NCBI GenBank assembly: GCA_002794465.1
Contig: MTSL01000112.1
Coordinates: 1 to 32,000, forward strand
Length of the DNA: 32,000 nt
Direction: 5' to 3'
From: Paramicrosporidium saccamoebae KSL3
Lineage: Eukaryota > Fungi > Cryptomycota
A program made the translations under genes and the position numbers. Of the stretch, positions 28,190 to 32,000 are shown piece after piece. Positions within the stretch are counted from its first letter, which is position 1. Each line of letters begins with the position of its first letter. The notes beneath the pieces are model-generated. The model was given only the letters and a program-made list of their open reading frames with translations. It had not been told where the DNA came from and did not search any database.

Positions 28190-29056
28190 ATGAGCAGGAC
28201 GCACTATTTTCGGAATTTATTCTCAAAGCGGACCTATCGCTGGTATGTTCCAGACACACCGAGATATCCTGCATGGTCATATGTTCTTATGGTGGTGGGC
28301 GGCTCTACTGTCGCCTACTCAGCCGCCATGATAGTCGACATTGAGCGGGATAAGACCCGCCGGCGGAGGTGGATCTCTCCACCAAAGAACAGCATCGGTT
28401 ATGATAATAATGCTTCGTTGGCCAGCTGGTGGAATGGACGCAGGGAGAGCGAGAAAACCATCATATCACTTATTGGCATAAATGGGCTAGTATTTTTAGC
28501 ATGGAAGTTTCCAGGTTTGCAGACTTTCATGTCTCGATATTTCATGCATTCGACTCGCTCACATCCGATAACCATGCTCAATTCGAGCTTTAGTCATGTA
28601 TCGGGGATGCACTTTCTAGTCAATATGATTGCCCTCTACAGCTTTGGCCGGATGCTGCATGAAAAGATGGGACGAGAGCAGTTTTTGGCATTTTACCTTA
28701 GTGCTGGCCTCGCCTCCAGCGCAGGTAGTCACATGGTTCGGAGTATTAGAGGTGATTTTGCAAAGTCATTGGGTGCATCAGGGGCAGTTTTTGCTGTGGC
28801 CGCTGGATGTGCGCACCAGCCCGATGTAAGGGTCTCACTCATCTTCCTACCATTTGTCTCTATTCCAATCGGATATGCTCTGCCCGCAATGATGGCATAT
28901 GACGCAATTGGATTGGTTAAACGATGGGCAACCTTTGATCATGCAGCCCATCTTTCTGGAGCTCTCTTTGGTTATATTTTTTATACTGCCAGCACACGAC
29001 ACATCTGGCCGCAGAGATATAATATTTTGAAATCTGTAGGCTATCCAATAAAGTAA
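28190..29056 (+). CDS. PCP1: Mitochondrial rhomboid protease Pcp1/PARL
   Basis: SSFSHVSGMHFLVNMIALYSFG, catalytic SLGASGA, FDHAAHLSGALFG. Confidence 0.95.
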   Translation: MSRTHYFRNLFSKRTYRWYVPDTPRYPAWSYVLMVVGGSTVAYSAAMIVDIERDKTRRRRWISPPKNSIGYDNNASLASWWNGRRESEKTIISLIGINGLVFLAWKFPGLQTFMSRYFMHSTRSHPITMLNSSFSHVSGMHFLVNMIALYSFGRMLHEKMGREQFLAFYLSAGLASSAGSHMVRSIRGDFAKSLGASGAVFAVAAGCAHQPDVRVSLIFLPFVSIPIGYALPAMMAYDAIGLVKRWATFDHAAHLSGALFGYIFYTASTRHIWPQRYNILKSVGYPIK

Positions 29057-29103
29057 TCTGATTGGTCACCTCTTTGGAGGCGGGAAATTGCTTCGTATTA
29101 GCC

Positions 29104-30978
29104 ATGGTGGAACGTCGTCTCAGCACTGCTCCGTTTCAAGCACCAACAATGCCATCTGCGGCCCCACGCATGTCACTTGCTGGGCCAAGACAGAGTCTGG
29201 GCCCTTCCCGAGTGCGAGGCTCCAATGTTGGAACTGCTGTCTCAGAGTTGGCGGGGATGTCGATTGGCACAGAACAGCGCAAGTTGTCGCTTGGCAGAAG
29301 CTCTCTGGATCCTCGAGAATCGCTTAATCGTCGTTCTAGTGCATTTGGAAAGAATCTGGCCGGGACTTATGCCGGTGGCAAGGACCCGCGTCCTATTCGC
29401 GAAAAGTCCTATCAGCTTGAGGTTATCAAAAATCTCATCAACTTTCTTGCAAAGTCCGGATATCCGCACCCGATATCGCAAAAAATCTTAACTGCACCGA
29501 GTGCAAAGGATTTTCAGAACATTTTTAAATTTTTGTACGCCCAACTGGATCCTGGATACGATTTCGGCAAAAAGTTTGAGGATGAAGTACCACTAGTGAT
29601 GAAGGGGCTGAGGTATCCATTTGCAGGTGAGATTAGTAAAAGCCAGTTGTATGCGTGTGGGTCAATGCACGCTTGGCCAGGCCTTCTTGCAATGTTGGGA
29701 TGGATGGTCGACTTGGTCAACTGTTGCGACATTCTGCATGCCCAATTTGAGACTGAGCCTTCTGATATGACTGATTTGCCTGGAAGCACCCAAACGACTG
29801 CTTCCGAAAAGGTGTTCTTTGATTATCTGTGCAAATCGTACAAGCTGTTCTTGGCCGGAAGTGACAATTTTGATCCGCTCATATCCGAATTGGGGGCCAG
29901 TTTTGAACGACGCAATGAAGTTGTCTATCAAGAGGTCGAACAGTTAAGTCGGGTGGTAGAAGAGGAGGAGGCAGAATATCAAATGTTAATCACCGAGGAA
30001 CCGCCACTTGCTAAAGCTCAGCGGGAACAATCCATCTATAAGGGAGACATTGAAAAGTTTCGAAAATTCATCAGCCACCTTGAGGTGAAGCGCACCAAGT
30101 TTGACGAGGTGATCAGAAACACTATTAACGACGTTGAGATCTGCGAGAGGGAATTGGAGGAACATGAGATGCTCCGAGCTACTCTTCAGGCTCAGGTGGA
30201 AGCCCAGGACATTTGCCCGGAGGATATTGATCGCATGAATTCTGACAAAGAGCAGCTTGTCAAGACCTTGGAGTCACTCAGTCAGACTAAAGAGGAAGCC
30301 AACAAAGTGTTTTGGGAGCGCGAGCTTTTGGTCCAGAAAAAGCTGGATGCAGTGGAAAAGCTTGTACAAGAATACAACTACTCGGGAGAGCAGATTGCAG
30401 TCATTCCTCAGGAGGCAGTCAATTCCAAGGGGCTTTCTCTGGAGTTGGCTTTCAACCCTCACGCCACCCGTGCCGACCAGCTTGTCAACTTGGACATTCG
30501 CACTCAGGTTCATCCCAGTTTTAATTCCTTGCGCGAAGAGTGCCATGCAATGATACATCAGGCCCAGGACCAACTATTATCGCTACAGGAAGCACTGGAT
30601 AAGCTGAATGAGGCATGCAATGACAAGATTGAAGAGCTACGAAGCAATGAGAAGAAGATTGAGCGAACAGTCCAATCATACCTTGAAGAGAAGGAGTCTT
30701 GTGCAGTCGAAAACAAAAAGACTGACGAAGAAGCCGAGTTGCTTGAGCAAACGATTCAAAAGTTGCGATCTGATATTTCTTCACATTCCATCATGTCGCA
30801 ACAGCGCCTACAACGTGCCACTGTCGAGTATGATCAGCTTGTTACAAATGTCGCTAGCGAAAAGGAACGTATTGGGACCGACATGTATCGTCTTCTCGAA
30901 GAATTAATCAACTTTAAAACTCATGTGGAATCGTCCCTTGAGGACCTGGAGCAAGCCTTTGGTCGCGAAGATTTGTAG
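29104..30978 (+). CDS. NDC80: Kinetochore protein Ndc80/HEC1
   Basis: Basic N-tail, then KDPRPIREKSYQ, calponin-homology domain (APSAKDFQNIFKFLY..LDP..KKFEDEVP...LRYPF..ISKS, HAWP.LL..L.W) and a long coiled coil. ATG taken at 29104. Confidence 0.96.
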   Translation: MVERRLSTAPFQAPTMPSAAPRMSLAGPRQSLGPSRVRGSNVGTAVSELAGMSIGTEQRKLSLGRSSLDPRESLNRRSSAFGKNLAGTYAGGKDPRPIREKSYQLEVIKNLINFLAKSGYPHPISQKILTAPSAKDFQNIFKFLYAQLDPGYDFGKKFEDEVPLVMKGLRYPFAGEISKSQLYACGSMHAWPGLLAMLGWMVDLVNCCDILHAQFETEPSDMTDLPGSTQTTASEKVFFDYLCKSYKLFLAGSDNFDPLISELGASFERRNEVVYQEVEQLSRVVEEEEAEYQMLITEEPPLAKAQREQSIYKGDIEKFRKFISHLEVKRTKFDEVIRNTINDVEICERELEEHEMLRATLQAQVEAQDICPEDIDRMNSDKEQLVKTLESLSQTKEEANKVFWERELLVQKKLDAVEKLVQEYNYSGEQIAVIPQEAVNSKGLSLELAFNPHATRADQLVNLDIRTQVHPSFNSLREECHAMIHQAQDQLLSLQEALDKLNEACNDKIEELRSNEKKIERTVQSYLEEKESCAVENKKTDEEAELLEQTIQKLRSDISSHSIMSQQRLQRATVEYDQLVTNVASEKERIGTDMYRLLEELINFKTHVESSLEDLEQAFGREDL

Positions 30979-31070
30979 GGCAATTGGCGATAGTTGTTGT
31001 GTTTTCAAGTGGATTAGATAATGGTATCTGTGTCTGCATGATGTAATAGAGTCCATATCTATCCCAACTA

Positions 31071-31136
31071 GTGTCTATCTGAATTAGTGCCTCATTCTCG
31101 TCCGTGTCTATCCGAATTAGCACTTTACTCTCGTCT
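31071..31136. repeat. 33-bp tandem duplication (2 copies)
   Basis: gtgtctatctgaattagtgcctcattctcgtcc / gtgtctatccgaattagcactttactctcgtct; 7 mismatches, all transitions. Confidence 0.85.
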
Positions 31137-31208
31137 GTGATAATCATTCCACTGGGCGGCTTGTTTACTACGCCAATAAACCACCCATCGGATCTAGTCT
31201 AGTGATAT

Positions 31209-31982
<774 letters not shown>

Positions 31983-32000
31983 CTAGCCCCGGACGGCAAG

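Overview
Gene-dense, highly compacted eukaryotic DNA with mostly fungal/opisthokont-like housekeeping genes. Many intergenic gaps are 0-85 bp. All 19 GT-AG introns I could reconstruct in intact genes are only 27-36 nt. It retains mitochondrial respiratory and branched-chain keto-acid genes. This combination suggests an early-diverging fungal or Rozellomycota-type organism such as Paramicrosporidium (inference, not verified). Recognisable genes in order: TFIIIC WD40 subunit, DPH3, UTP13, cytochrome b5-like (Irc21/CYB5R4-type), an orphan secreted protein, a b5 pseudogene, ARMC8/Vid28, RAD4/XPC, SSL1/p44, FAP7/AK6, a bacterial-type YqgF/RuvX nuclease, CDC123, a decayed bacterial-type GNAT acetyltransferase, a RanBD protein, a histidine acid phosphatase, a PPIE-type RRM protein, an STMP1-like microprotein, tRNA-Glu(TTC), an NDUFA4/B12D-like microprotein, XRCC3/Rad57-like, an unknown membrane protein, EAF3, TRAPPC10, BCKDHB, QCR8, PCP1/PARL, NDC80 and TRM8. 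Four intact spliced genes (DPH3, b5, STMP1-like, NDUFA4-like) are absent from the ORF track and were built by hand. The most unusual region is 4.8-7.5 kb, where an orphan signal-peptide and NLS-like gene sits between two ~0.7 kb direct repeats of host sequence. Also notable are the intact YqgF placed 20 bp head-to-head with FAP7, and the intron-less, probably horizontally acquired GNAT pseudogene. All alignments and coordinates were done by eye, and no database searches were run.
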